From positions 14,326-78,325 of IMG/VR virus record IMGVR_UViG_3300020183_000046: a stretch of 64,000 bases of DNA; one strand, given 5' to 3'. The notes under the pieces are model-generated. The model was not told the origin of the DNA and searched no databases. It saw nothing but the letters and a program-made list of their open reading frames with translations. This DNA comes from a virus. Shown in pieces: positions 1-11,568 of this stretch. The first letter of the stretch is position 1. Every line of letters begins with the position of its first letter. The position numbers and the translations under genes are program-made.

Positions 1-351
1 TGTAGTAACAGGAACCAGAATCATTCGATCTCCATCAATACCACGCGAGAGAATCATCTCTTTGCTGATGGCAGATTCAGATTCAAAATAAACTACTCCA
101 GCGTCAGGGTTCGCCGCCAGGTAGTGCTGTACCACCCCGAGGCAGAAAAAGGTTTTACCAGTAGACGACTCACCCGCGATGGCTGTGATCTTGTTTGATG
201 GTACACCACCGAAGATAGAGCCGCTAACCAGAGCGTTAAAAATATAAGAACCGCTATCAATAAACGATTCGATGTCACCGATACCTCCTTCGCTAATGAG
301 TCCCGCATATTCATTACCGATGTCTTTGACTACTTCTTGCAAAAAATTCAT
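1..351 (-). CDS. uvsX: UvsX RecA-like recombinase (N-terminal part, runs off the window edge; not in ORF track)
   Basis: Manual translation from ATG at 351: [17 protein letters not shown]...[39 protein letters not shown]...YFESESA. Walker A present; ATGA overlap with gp43 stop; T4-like synteny. Confidence 0.95.
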   Translation of the reverse strand, partial: MNFLQEVVKDIGNEYAGLISEGGIGDIESFIDSGSYIFNALVSGSIFGGVPSNKITAIAGESSTGKTFFCLGVVQHYLAANPDAGVVYFESESAISKEMILSRGIDGDRMILVPVTT

Positions 352-2849
352 GAGAATAAAAATTCAAGGTTAGTTACTTTTTCCGTCTTCCATCCTATCA
401 CGTCTAGGATGATTTGTAAAGGATCGACAAATGCTTTTTGGAATTGAGCATCACGATCTATGCTATTCTCCAGCTCAAGTTCTGTGGGGAACGTATTGAG
501 AAAAGAGATAACATTTTCATTAATTTTATTTGGGCGGCGAAGATAAAGAAACTTAATCTTTTCACCTTCCTGAATTAATGGATACTTATACTCTAGGTTT
601 TTTTGAGCAACATAAAAATTGTATAGCAGCGTGCCACGAACATGTATAGGGGTTCCCTTTGTATACACTGTTCCGTGCGATTTGAACTTACTGAGCCCAT
701 TTACAGACCTCGGAAATGCGATATCTTCGGGTGGTAATGAGTTGAATTCATCCCTAAAGTTATCTATGAATTCAATCAAGTCATCTTCAGTTTTCGACAT
801 AATAATTGTCAGGGCTTCCTTAATTGCCTGACGGCAAGGAGCAGGTGTTGAAGACTTTACTGCTTCGATTCCCATCATCTTGAGCTTGGGTTCTTTATAG
901 CGAACACCCTCACTATCCCAGACGTTTAGGATATAACGTTTTTTGGCAGTCCAGATTCCACTAGAAGCGATGTTCTCTCGCTTCATCATCATCTTCTGCT
1001 CATATGCATTTACATATCTCGCAAGGGTCGAATAAGAATCTTCAATATATTTTTCAAGTTCCATTTGACACACCTTGTCAAGGAACCCCACGATGCTCTC
1101 ATCATCTTTCTCTCTTCCTTCGTATACACGTTCAACCAGAGGACCCAGATTAAGGTAGATTGAATCAGTATCAGAAGCAATAACATAGTCAACTCCATCA
1201 GTTTTGAGAATCTTGTTTAGGTAGGCATTCATCTTGTTCTCAATCCAGCGGATAGATACCTGACCAGAAAGAGTGATTGCCTCAGCATTTGCTAGATTGT
1301 AATAACGGAAGTATTGATTTCCGATGGCACCATAGGCAGAGTTAAGCTGGATCTTCCTTGCCATCTGAATGTTGTTGTATTTACTAATTGCTTTGGTCAA
1401 TTCCTGAGATGGATTCTTTTCATACTCTTGCTTTGCCATAAGCATTAGCTTTTTAGACTGGACACGTTCATCGTAGATCTTCTGCATCATCTCTGGCAGA
1501 AAACCATGAATGTCTTTGCGATACTGAGATCCATTTGCACAGAGACAATATTTTGGATCGGGTTGAATCTCTTGGTTTAGGATCCTTTCAACAGTCGCAG
1601 TGGGATGTCGCCTTTCGGTAAGTGTCTCTGGCGAGATGTTGTACTGCATAATAAGATGGGGATACAGGCTATTAAGGTCAAAACTAACCACCCAATCATA
1701 ACGCCCAGGAATCGGTTCTTTGACATATGCTCCAGCGTACTTTTCGCTTTTATCGCTACGTTTAGAGGGAGGAACAACAATATTCTTATCGCGAAGAAAG
1801 TTGTAGATTAAGGTATCCCACATGCGTACCTGGAAGTACACATCTTTCATGTTTACCTTAGCGTCATATGCAAGAGCAATAGCAAGTTCAACGAGTTTCA
1901 TTTTTTCTTCAAGGCGAAGAACAAGCTCCACGTCCTTGATGTTGTAGTCGATGAACTTTTGCCAGTTACGAGTATAGAACTCCTTGAAGTTCTCAAACTC
2001 ACTGTGGTCCAATTTGTTCTGTCCCAATTCTACATAGGCTATATGATCCAATCTATACGATTCTTGGTTCGTATATGTGAACTTTTTATACAAATCAAGG
2101 TAATCCAAAACATTAACACCATAGATGTTGTAAATGATTTGCTTCCTTCCTTTGATTTCCATCTCCTCTCGGTGAACAATTCCCCAAGGGGAGATCTGCT
2201 TCATTTCCTTTTCCCCAAACAGACGTTCCAAACGTCCACAAATGTACGGGATATCATACAGCTCCACATTCCATCCCGTGAGCACATCTGGAAATGCAGT
2301 TGACCAATAAGATAAGAAAGAACGGAGCAGATGTTCTTCACCGTCACACAGAATATATTCAACATCCTTGCGATCTGTCTGATAGGGTTTCGTACCCCAT
2401 ACCTTAATCTTCTTGGAGGTATAGTCCTGGACTGTAATCGATAGAAGCGGTTCAGCGCACTCTTGCACGTTAGGAAAACCATTTTCACATGCAACTTCAA
2501 TATCAAGCGACGTAATCTTAAGAGCCTTAAGATTATAATCAACTTCTCCTGGGTACTCCTCTGAGACAAATTGATATAAGAAACGGTCATATCCATGGAC
2601 TTCAAAACCCTGTACTTCCCGATACCTATCTATGAACTGACGAGCTTCACGAACGGATTCGAACTTGATAGGCTTGGCGTAGCGACCATCCAAGGTCTTG
2701 TGCTTGGTCTGCTTATCAGTAACAACAAAAAGAGTCGGAGAGAACTTCATCTTCCTTTGGATACGCTCAAGCAACCCGCCAGGTCCCTCTTCATATCCAA
2801 GGTAGAGAAGGTCATCTCCGACCAATTGAACGTTTGTGTAAAAACTCAT
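348..2849 (-). CDS. g43: Family B DNA polymerase (gp43)
   Basis: ExoI LDIEV, Exo[10 protein letters not shown], ExoIII DYNIKD; polymerase motifs [22 protein letters not shown]. No intein or intron visible. Confidence 0.99.
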   Translation of the reverse strand: MSFYTNVQLVGDDLLYLGYEEGPGGLLERIQRKMKFSPTLFVVTDKQTKHKTLDGRYAKPIKFESVREARQFIDRYREVQGFEVHGYDRFLYQFVSEEYPGEVDYNLKALKITSLDIEVACENGFPNVQECAEPLLSITVQDYTSKKIKVWGTKPYQTDRKDVEYILCDGEEHLLRSFLSYWSTAFPDVLTGWNVELYDIPYICGRLERLFGEKEMKQISPWGIVHREEMEIKGRKQIIYNIYGVNVLDYLDLYKKFTYTNQESYRLDHIAYVELGQNKLDHSEFENFKEFYTRNWQKFIDYNIKDVELVLRLEEKMKLVELAIALAYDAKVNMKDVYFQVRMWDTLIYNFLRDKNIVVPPSKRSDKSEKYAGAYVKEPIPGRYDWVVSFDLNSLYPHLIMQYNISPETLTERRHPTATVERILNQEIQPDPKYCLCANGSQYRKDIHGFLPEMMQKIYDERVQSKKLMLMAKQEYEKNPSQELTKAISKYNNIQMARKIQLNSAYGAIGNQYFRYYNLANAEAITLSGQVSIRWIENKMNAYLNKILKTDGVDYVIASDTDSIYLNLGPLVERVYEGREKDDESIVGFLDKVCQMELEKYIEDSYSTLARYVNAYEQKMMMKRENIASSGIWTAKKRYILNVWDSEGVRYKEPKLKMMGIEAVKSSTPAPCRQAIKEALTIIMSKTEDDLIEFIDNFRDEFNSLPPEDIAFPRSVNGLSKFKSHGTVYTKGTPIHVRGTLLYNFYVAQKNLEYKYPLIQEGEKIKFLYLRRPNKINENVISFLNTFPTELELENSIDRDAQFQKAFVDPLQIILDVIGWKTEKVTNLEFLFS

Positions 2850-3085
2850 TTAGTCACTTGCTCATACTTCAAGCGGATCTCCTCCGCTGGTTCTACTATT
2901 GTAGCAAGTGTTTCGGAATAAAGCAAGATCTCGTCATCATTTGACCAGATTGGCCAAGGAGCTAGAGTGCCGTCATCTCGAACCATATATGGTTGGGAGA
3001 GATGGCAAGCTGGTTCCTCATCCAGTTGCTCCACCTTGGAGATCAGGGTCATTCCCGTTCTCAGAATCACTAACATCGTTTTCAT
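2846..3085 (-). CDS. Sm-like fold hypothetical protein (start refined to MKTMLVILRTG)
   Basis: VILRTGxxLISKVE...LSQPY...PWP..S..EILL...ATIVEP...Y pattern shared with its two upstream neighbours. Confidence 0.7.
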   Translation of the reverse strand: MKTMLVILRTGMTLISKVEQLDEEPACHLSQPYMVRDDGTLAPWPIWSNDDEILLYSETLATIVEPAEEIRLKYEQVTK

Positions 3086-3509
3086 TTTCTTCATCCTCTC
3101 GTAAGATTTTTTCAGCTTCTTCAAAAATAGATTCCATATCCAATTCATTAAGACCCTTACCTGCAAGCATAGCTTCATGCTTCTTGAAGTTTTCTTCGTA
3201 GGTATCCTCTTTGATTGCAGAAATATATTGCTCTGCAATTGTATCCAAAGGATCATATGCAGTTAGCACATGATGACCAGGAAGGAAAAAGTCTCTCTCT
3301 TTACTCAGAGGAGCCCAGGGGAACCAGTGCAATTGATATCCCTTTTCTCTATTAAAGATAATACCACCGTCTACATCAGAAACAATATCTAGACGAAATG
3401 GTTTGTGTAAATGAAAACCGATCGGATCATTACTTTCAGGAGAACAGATCTCCTTTACTTCACTAATGATTTCTTCACCAGATTTCAACAACAAAAGCTT
3501 TACGCTCAT
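3018..3509 (-). CDS. Sm-like fold hypothetical protein with acidic C-terminal tail
   Basis: MSVKLLLLKSGEEIISEVKE...LHKPF...FPWAPLS...LTAYDP...Y; typical cyanophage gene between hsp20 and g43. Confidence 0.75.
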   Translation of the reverse strand: MSVKLLLLKSGEEIISEVKEICSPESNDPIGFHLHKPFRLDIVSDVDGGIIFNREKGYQLHWFPWAPLSKERDFFLPGHHVLTAYDPLDTIAEQYISAIKEDTYEENFKKHEAMLAGKGLNELDMESIFEEAEKILREDEENENDVSDSENGNDPDLQGGATG

Positions 3510-3841
3510 TCTACTTCACCGCCCATTTTACGAACATTCTCGATGTATGTATCTCGAAGGCTAGGAACTGGTTCAAGAATAGTTGCAACAAAAGAAGTAT
3601 TAATTGCCATCTGAACATCTGCACTCAGAGGACACCAAGGTTCATAATGAACTTTAACTTCTGGATCAAGCACAATACCTGTACCATCAAGTTGTGGTTG
3701 ATCGTAAGTAACTTTGTATGGAAAATTAAATACCCAAGCTTGACGTTCTCCAGTATCTTTATGCACTGCTTCCTGAACATCGGCAATCACACGTTCACCA
3801 TTTACAAGAACTACAACTTTAACTCTATCTGCGTTGATCAT
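3506..3841 (-). CDS. Sm-like fold hypothetical protein
   Basis: VKVVVLVNGERVIADVQE...FPY...EPWCPLS...VATILEP...Y. Confidence 0.75.
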   Translation of the reverse strand: MINADRVKVVVLVNGERVIADVQEAVHKDTGERQAWVFNFPYKVTYDQPQLDGTGIVLDPEVKVHYEPWCPLSADVQMAINTSFVATILEPVPSLRDTYIENVRKMGGEVE

Positions 3842-3864
3842 ATTTTCAAGTAGTTTTACTATAG

Positions 3865-3893
3865 ATTATAGAGGGGTTCTTGGTCTTTGTCAA
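3865..3893 (-). promoter_or_regulatory. Consensus sigma70-type (early) promoter TTGACA-N17-TATAAT
   Basis: TGTCAA at 3888-3893 and ATTATA at 3865-3870 on + strand, 17-bp spacer; embedded in a 12-bp inverted repeat. Confidence 0.85.
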
Positions 3894-3929
3894 GAACCCC
3901 TCAGCGCCGACGATATTTGGCGCAACTAT

Positions 3930-4364
3930 TTAGAGGTAATCTTTACGAGCATGATGTTCTGGAATAACCTTACCAAGAACAATTGTCAGTAATCCATTAT
4001 CAAAGGTGACATCTCGTACTTCTGTATCATCTGAGAGTGTCCATACTCTTTTGAAAGATCGTTGAGCCAATCCCTTATGGACGTAACGTGTGTCAGATTC
4101 TTTATCTTCCTTTTGTCCTTCAACAAAAAGTTTTCCATACTCCGTGTACACATTCACTTCTTCATTTTTAAATCCAGCTAGTGCAATTTCCAGACGTGAT
4201 TCTACGTTACTTACCTGAACAAGATTGTATGGAGGATAATTTGAAGTGGTTTCATGAAGATTGAATAGACGGTCAAAGTACTCGTCCATTCCAATACTGT
4301 TGCGAGTGATCTTTTCCATCAGGGTAGGAAGATCCGCAGCCGTATAACGGGTAACATTAGTCAT
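3930..4364 (-). CDS. hsp20: Small heat-shock protein (Hsp20/IbpA-like)
   Basis: YPPYNL, LEIALAGF, HKGLAQRSF, NGLLTI motifs; GGAG RBS upstream of ATG at 4364. Confidence 0.97.
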   Translation of the reverse strand: MTNVTRYTAADLPTLMEKITRNSIGMDEYFDRLFNLHETTSNYPPYNLVQVSNVESRLEIALAGFKNEEVNVYTEYGKLFVEGQKEDKESDTRYVHKGLAQRSFKRVWTLSDDTEVRDVTFDNGLLTIVLGKVIPEHHARKDYL

Positions 4365-4429
4365 TATGGTAGCTCCTTTAAAAGCGAGTTTGTGTTTTGT
4401 GGACCCTTTCGGCATCCAATACTATTTAA
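4365..4429 (-). promoter_or_regulatory. hsp20 leader: late-promoter-like TTAAATA, GNRA hairpin and ROSE-like SD-sequestering hairpin
   Basis: Minus strand GGATGCC-GAAA-GGGTCC, then CTCGCT-TTTAA-AGGAG in which UCGCU pairs with the SD. Confidence 0.6.
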
Positions 4430-4439
4430 CCACAAAACG

Positions 4440-4475
4440 AAAAAGAGAGGAACGGTAAAAACCGAACCTCTCTTT
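4440..4475 (-). terminator. Intrinsic terminator downstream of regA
   Basis: AAAGAGAGG-TT-CGGT-TTTT-ACCG-TT-CCTCTCTTT followed by a T run. Confidence 0.75.
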
Positions 4476-4520
4476 AGGGTGTTCCGACTTTTGTAGAGAC
4501 CGCACGAAAGATCTCACAAA
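4440..4520 (-). ncRNA. Putative ~80-nt structured small RNA
   Basis: Bounded by TATAAATA (4521-4528) and the terminator; hairpin TTTGT-GAGATC-tttcgtgc-GGTCTC-tACAAA; no ORF. Confidence 0.4.
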
Positions 4521-4523
4521 TAT

Positions 4524-4949
4524 TTATACTGCCTTTTTCTTTCCGATGTTGTACTTACTCTCCAGTGTCCAATCATTCTTTTCCTTGTAAGAAAGAACTT
4601 TGATCTGACTCAGAGGAGCTACATCAACTACATCATCCTTCTTAGCAACAGTGATCAGACCCCAATCACTAAGCAATTGAATAATACGATTCCTTCTCTG
4701 TACATCGTTAATGCTAAGATTTGCTTTCTTACCATCAAGAGCAAACAACTCTTTAAAGTGTACGATGTAATACCTACCTTGCTTATGAAGGATGTGGCAA
4801 GACTGATAGAGTTTCTTTTCTTTGCGAGAAGCAACACCAATCCTGGTTAAGGTCTCACGAACTTTTAAGAAATCATCTGGTTCATTCAAGCTAACTTCAA
4901 CCATGCAATCGGAAGTCCAATACACTTCCTGCTCAGCGACCGCTGTCAT
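4524..4949 (-). CDS. regA: RegA translational repressor
   Basis: PDDFLKVRETLTRIG...LYQSCHILHKQGRYYIVHFKELFALDG. Confidence 0.98.
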   Translation of the reverse strand: MTAVAEQEVYWTSDCMVEVSLNEPDDFLKVRETLTRIGVASRKEKKLYQSCHILHKQGRYYIVHFKELFALDGKKANLSINDVQRRNRIIQLLSDWGLITVAKKDDVVDVAPLSQIKVLSYKEKNDWTLESKYNIGKKKAV

Positions 4950-5329
4950 CTTTTTCCTCCCATGTCATGTTTTGTTCTAATAAAATCAAGTTGTTGTTCA
5001 GTTAGAAGAGTGAGAGCGATCTTTGCTTTTTCGTTGCTATAACCATAGTAACTTTTTACATGCTCTAGATCGTCAATCTTAGCTTTCTTCAACCAAGGTG
5101 AAAACCGTTTTCGTTTCCTAACGATATTTATATAAAAATCATATTGCATCCTCTTATCTAGATGATGCGCTTTGTTCATTTCGTTTGCAAACAGAACAGT
5201 ATCAACGTGTCCAGCAAGACACTTGTTGATAATGTAAGGAGGATATGCTTTTTCTAAAGTAGGATCTTCTTCTAGAATATTTTGTTTGTTATCATTAATA
5301 CTGTTTAACCAGTCCTTCAATTCTGCCAT
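4946..5329 (-). CDS. g62: Clamp loader small subunit (gp62)
   Basis: YPPYIIN...NEMN...QYDF...KRKRFSPW...YYGYS; synteny. Confidence 0.95.
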   Translation of the reverse strand: MAELKDWLNSINDNKQNILEEDPTLEKAYPPYIINKCLAGHVDTVLFANEMNKAHHLDKRMQYDFYINIVRKRKRFSPWLKKAKIDDLEHVKSYYGYSNEKAKIALTLLTEQQLDFIRTKHDMGGKR

Positions 5330-5331
5330 AA

Positions 5332-5544
5332 TTAAGTGATAATCTTAGTTGGACCAACGACTCCAGTTCCACCACTATTGACCTTGTAAATAGCAACAGA
5401 ACCACTCTTGAGGGTCACATGAACCTCATCACCATTAATCAACGCAAACTGTGCATTTGGACAGAACGTTGATAGAGCTCCTCTTGTAGTGTGATACAGT
5501 TGGCAGTAACCACTACGGAGAACACGCACCCCTAAACTTCCCAT
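5332..5544 (-). CDS. Hypothetical protein
   Basis: 70-aa ORF filling the dam-g62 gap. Confidence 0.6.
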   Translation of the reverse strand: MGSLGVRVLRSGYCQLYHTTRGALSTFCPNAQFALINGDEVHVTLKSGSVAIYKVNSGGTGVVGPTKIIT

Positions 5545-6397
5545 AATTAGTAAGAATCAATTCACGACGGTCTTGTTGGTCTGCCATGTAATCTCCAGTA
5601 GATCGCATGGTATAAGTGTGGGCATAATCATACTGACACCATTCAGTAAACCTTTGACAAATGTCTGGATGATTGTTGTATGAGATCATGATGTTGCATA
5701 ACCAGCAATCCATCTCATCAGCAAAACGAGAGTGATCAAATCCCTTGTGCATACTTCCTTTATTGCCATAGAGATTATCTTTAATGTCATAGGGAGGATC
5801 CGCATACACAAAGACATTCTTATCATCAGACTTAAGATGATCGTATGACAAGTTTGTAATCCTCCACTTCTCAATTACTTTTGAGTAGTCTGGGAACTTT
5901 TCAATTCCTCGCAAGGTGAAGTTGGCGACGCTTGCTTGTTTTGAGAAGGAGGAAGATTCAGTAAGACCAGAAAAAGAGCACTTATTGACAATCCAAAAAT
6001 CAATAGCTCTCTGGTAGTTATTTGCTGTTCCGTCATTTAGTTCACTTTTAGCTTTAAGAAATACCTGTTCGGCTCTTGCGTAATATGAGTTGAGTTCTAC
6101 AGAGTCTGATTTGTCGGGAACAACTCCAAGATCATTTTTAATTTGAGTTAGATCTTTACACATCTCAGGTCCAAACGCCTGAAGTTGTTGCCAAAAGTTA
6201 ACCAGTGGCTCATAAAGATCATTTACCCAAACCACTCTACCTGGAAAAGATTTGGTAACTTCTATTGCCATACTACCACCACCTAAGAAAGGTTCTCTAT
6301 ATTCAGAGAACGGTTCATCAGGCAAATATTCAAATAGTTTAGTTAAAGCTCTGGACTTACCGCCAGGATAACGAAGAGGTGTTTTCAGAGATTTCAT
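5513..6397 (-). CDS. dam: DNA adenine methyltransferase (Dam/D12 class)
   Basis: LRYPGGKS, YREPFLGGGS, YADPPY catalytic motif. Confidence 0.93.
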   Translation of the reverse strand: MKSLKTPLRYPGGKSRALTKLFEYLPDEPFSEYREPFLGGGSMAIEVTKSFPGRVVWVNDLYEPLVNFWQQLQAFGPEMCKDLTQIKNDLGVVPDKSDSVELNSYYARAEQVFLKAKSELNDGTANNYQRAIDFWIVNKCSFSGLTESSSFSKQASVANFTLRGIEKFPDYSKVIEKWRITNLSYDHLKSDDKNVFVYADPPYDIKDNLYGNKGSMHKGFDHSRFADEMDCWLCNIMISYNNHPDICQRFTEWCQYDYAHTYTMRSTGDYMADQQDRRELILTNYGKFRGACSP

Positions 6398-6399
6398 AA

Positions 6400-6927
6400 T
6401 TACATAAAGGTACAGATAAGAACCACTCGTCTTGATTTTGAAGGAAGGTAATGATAGTGTTCTCCCTCAAAAACTATTATAGCATCTTCTTTTGGGGAAA
6501 AGGATTCTCCTCCACAAACAGTATCACCATCTCCACCATTTAAATAAATAAGTAAATTTTTATGAGGGAAATCATGATCTACATGTGGTAATGTTTTTTC
6601 AGATCCTATAACTGGTATAGTTAAATTTACTCCAATCCTAAAAACACATTCAACATTTATTTTATTATAAAGAAATATTTGCTGAAGTATGGAATTAGCT
6701 ATGTTGACGTATGCAGAAGTTTGCTTTGGGTATAAATTATAATCAGGTGGATCCAAAGGTCGTTTTACTATGGTGTGAGTAAATACTGGAATTGGATTTT
6801 TATGTGGATTATCATCTTCATCCTGAACACTATCCGCAGTCCAACACCAAGGAAAGTAACAATCAAGAACTTCTTTTTTAAATTTTAAATATTCTTGAGT
6901 TTTTGGATTACTAAACTCCGAAATCAT
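6400..6927 (-). CDS. 2OG-Fe(II) oxygenase-like protein
   Basis: PHVDH (HxD)...YLN..DGDT...H.H...RRV pattern. Confidence 0.75.
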   Translation of the reverse strand: MISEFSNPKTQEYLKFKKEVLDCYFPWCWTADSVQDEDDNPHKNPIPVFTHTIVKRPLDPPDYNLYPKQTSAYVNIANSILQQIFLYNKINVECVFRIGVNLTIPVIGSEKTLPHVDHDFPHKNLLIYLNGGDGDTVCGGESFSPKEDAIIVFEGEHYHYLPSKSRRVVLICTFM

Positions 6928-7868
6928 TTGAATTGACACTCACACATAATTTCAGTAAGAGCAGCAAGAAGATTAATTTCTTGATCAGCAACAAAAGCAG
7001 ATTGATACTGATACTTGGCAATCACCAAGACTGCATGAGGAATGCTCTGAGGTTGAAGACTATCATACAGAGTTTCATAGATCGTCCTAAGAATAATGTT
7101 AGGGTCATTATCCAAATTAGTATTGACCCACTTACGAGCTAAGGTAAACTCTTTATTCTTCAAAGCTTCCATAAGTTCGCCCATGCGAACTTCCGCCATG
7201 TTGGCAAGAATACCTGTATCAATTATACCACCAACGCTATAACGTTGCAACTCATTTAGGGTACGTCGAAAATCGGGAAAGTACTTTTGGACAACCTCTG
7301 CGAGAACCTTCGGATCATACTTGATACTTTCGCTCTCAAGTATAGTCCTGACACGGTTGAAGAAATTTCCAGCAATCTGAACTTTTTGCTTTCCTTTGAT
7401 TCCAAAGTCAACAACGGCACACCTTGAGTGGAGTGGTTCGATAATTTTGTTCTTGTAGTTGCAGGTAAAGATGAAACGGCAATTGCCAGCAAATTCCTCA
7501 ATAGACGCCCGTAGGAGGAGCTGTACATCGTGGGTTGTGTTGTCTGCCTCATCAATAATAATAACCTTGTGCTTAGCAGACGAGGTAAGTGAGACGGTCG
7601 AAGCGAAAGACTTCGCATGGTTTCTGACAGTATCAAGGAATCTACCTTCGTCGGATCCATTAATGACATAGGAATCTACATTAAGTTCATTACACAGTGC
7701 TTTAGCTACCGTGGTCTTTCCAATACCAGCGGTGCCACAAAGAAGAAGGTTGGGGATCTCCCCAGCATCAACAAAAGATTGGAATGTATCCTTCGTTTCT
7801 TTAGGAAGAATACAGTCCTCAATAGTTTGTGGGCGATACTTTTCAACCCACAGAAAATCATCCTTCAT
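6924..7868 (-). CDS. g44: Clamp loader ATPase (gp44)
   Basis: WVEKYRP, GTAGIGKTT, IIDEAD, SRC motifs. Confidence 0.98.
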   Translation of the reverse strand: MKDDFLWVEKYRPQTIEDCILPKETKDTFQSFVDAGEIPNLLLCGTAGIGKTTVAKALCNELNVDSYVINGSDEGRFLDTVRNHAKSFASTVSLTSSAKHKVIIIDEADNTTHDVQLLLRASIEEFAGNCRFIFTCNYKNKIIEPLHSRCAVVDFGIKGKQKVQIAGNFFNRVRTILESESIKYDPKVLAEVVQKYFPDFRRTLNELQRYSVGGIIDTGILANMAEVRMGELMEALKNKEFTLARKWVNTNLDNDPNIILRTIYETLYDSLQPQSIPHAVLVIAKYQYQSAFVADQEINLLAALTEIMCECQFK

Positions 7869-8512
7869 ACTTAGAGTCGGGTTCAAGGGCAATCAAATAT
7901 TCCAAATCCAGTGTAGCATGTCTGAAGAGAGATGCGTTGTGCTTACTGACAACGACAGAATAATCACCAGGAAGAAGCTTCAGGGTCTCAACCTTAAAAT
8001 TGAAACAGAAGTTCGAATCTGTTTCTCCAACGCTAACAGCATAGCTGTTAGAGGTGTCATTCTTTTTATCTCTAACGACCAGATCAATAGTAGATCCATT
8101 TCCAACGACAGACAGATCTTCTACACCATAGATGCCAGCAGCTTTAATAATGTTTGAAAGGTCGGTTGACGATACAAGGAAGCAAACATCTTGAGTTGGC
8201 AACTCAACTTTTTTATCTGGTGGAGTTGTAATTACAGAAGGATCTGCAAAGAAATACCGAGTCTTGTTACGACTATCTTTAATTGTAAGATAACTATCGT
8301 TTGTAAAATCAAACTCAGCATCGTTGAATAGAGTCAGACCAGAGAGAAACTCACTCAGATCATAGATTGCAAAGTCTCTTGGAAACTTTTCTTCTACAAC
8401 GCAACGACCAAGAATGTTTTTTTGAATCGAAAGAGTTGAAACTTGACTACCTTTCTTAAAGCAAATCGACTGATTGATAGTGGAGAAATTCTTCAGAATG
8501 TCGAGGGTACTT

Positions 8513-8526
<14 letters not shown>
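7858..8526 (-). CDS. g45: Sliding clamp (gp45)
   Basis: MKLS..TL.ILKNF..IN.S, FAIYDL..FL, C-terminal IALE.DS. Confidence 0.97.
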
Positions 8527-10638
<2,112 letters not shown>

Positions 10639-10654
10639 AGTTGGTTTCCTTGAT

Positions 10655-10722
10655 TGGTATGGACATATCATAAAGCAAAAACCCGCCTCAGGGGCGGGCA
10701 GTGGACACTTAAGAAAGTGGTC
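10655..10722 (-). promoter_or_regulatory. Palindromic box + GC hairpin + -10 element upstream of cobS
   Basis: GACCACTT-TCTT-AAGTGTCCAC, CCCGCCCCTGAGGCGGG-TTTTT, TATGAT; same layout as 13686-13744. Confidence 0.6.
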
Positions 10723-11044
10723 TGAAGAACTCCTGACTAACCATGTTGTCAGCATAAAGCATTTTCCTCATGTATTCGACTCCATCCTGAGGGGTTGTGT
10801 GATCTCCACATGTAAAAATATCACAGACCGCCATCCCTAACTCTGGCCAAGTGTGAATGCTGATATGACTTTCAGCAAGCATAGCTACACACGTCACTCC
10901 TTGTGGATCAAACTTGTGAGAATTAATCGCCAACAGAGTCGAGTTGCATTTGATAGCGGCATATAACACGACATCTTTGACGTATTGCTCATCATCAAGA
11001 AGTACAGCAGAACAGTTTTTCAAAGTAAAAAGGACGTGTCTCAT
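10709..11044 (-). CDS. speD: Pyruvoyl-dependent S-adenosylmethionine decarboxylase proenzyme (SpeD class Ib)
   Basis: HKFDPQGVT...LAESHISIHTWPE...DIFTCG. Confidence 0.93.
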   Translation of the reverse strand: MRHVLFTLKNCSAVLLDDEQYVKDVVLYAAIKCNSTLLAINSHKFDPQGVTCVAMLAESHISIHTWPELGMAVCDIFTCGDHTTPQDGVEYMRKMLYADNMVSQEFFRPLS

Positions 11045-11568
11045 ATCCAGTAAGGTTTTCTCTCAGGTTTACGAAGGTAATTTGAAGCAGCCCAAGGTTT
11101 AGATGCAACATACATTTTGTATGCGTCGAATGTATCTATACTTGTGTCAAGCTTAAATTCATCTGGCATGGCACGGGCAAAGTTCTCTGCCATGCAATAA
11201 CAAGTTATGGTCTTACTGGTTTGCTGATGAAAAATTAACTTAGCTTCAAACAAAGACTTGGCGCACGAATGCACTTTATTATATCTATAAGAGTATTCAG
11301 ATGACAAAGCACAACCGTGCTGAATCAACCAAGCTAGATTGTAAATGTTTTGTGCTGCCCATTTTGTACAAGGATGATTACGAAAAGCACCCTTTGCTGT
11401 TGAATAAGCTTGTCCATCTGCTCTATGAATTTCACCCCAGTTAAGATACCACTTAGAGTAGATGATGGAGATCATCTGACAACATTCTAGTGGCATCTTA
11501 ACGATGTGCTTATCTGGCAAAGAGATAGCAGATCTACGGGGAGATGGATCGGTCGCGAAAATGTTCAT
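11041..11568 (-). CDS. Pyrimidine-dimer DNA glycosylase / endonuclease V-like protein
   Basis: MNIF...DKHIVKMPLE..Q, HPCTKWA, EY..RY.K.H, AMPD. Confidence 0.75.
   Translation of the reverse strand: MNIFATDPSPRRSAISLPDKHIVKMPLECCQMISIIYSKWYLNWGEIHRADGQAYSTAKGAFRNHPCTKWAAQNIYNLAWLIQHGCALSSEYSYRYNKVHSCAKSLFEAKLIFHQQTSKTITCYCMAENFARAMPDEFKLDTSIDTFDAYKMYVASKPWAASNYLRKPERKPYWI

Noticed and set aside
93-314. 73-aa minus-strand ORF in the track
   Set aside because: Wrong frame; the real gene is uvsX starting at 351.
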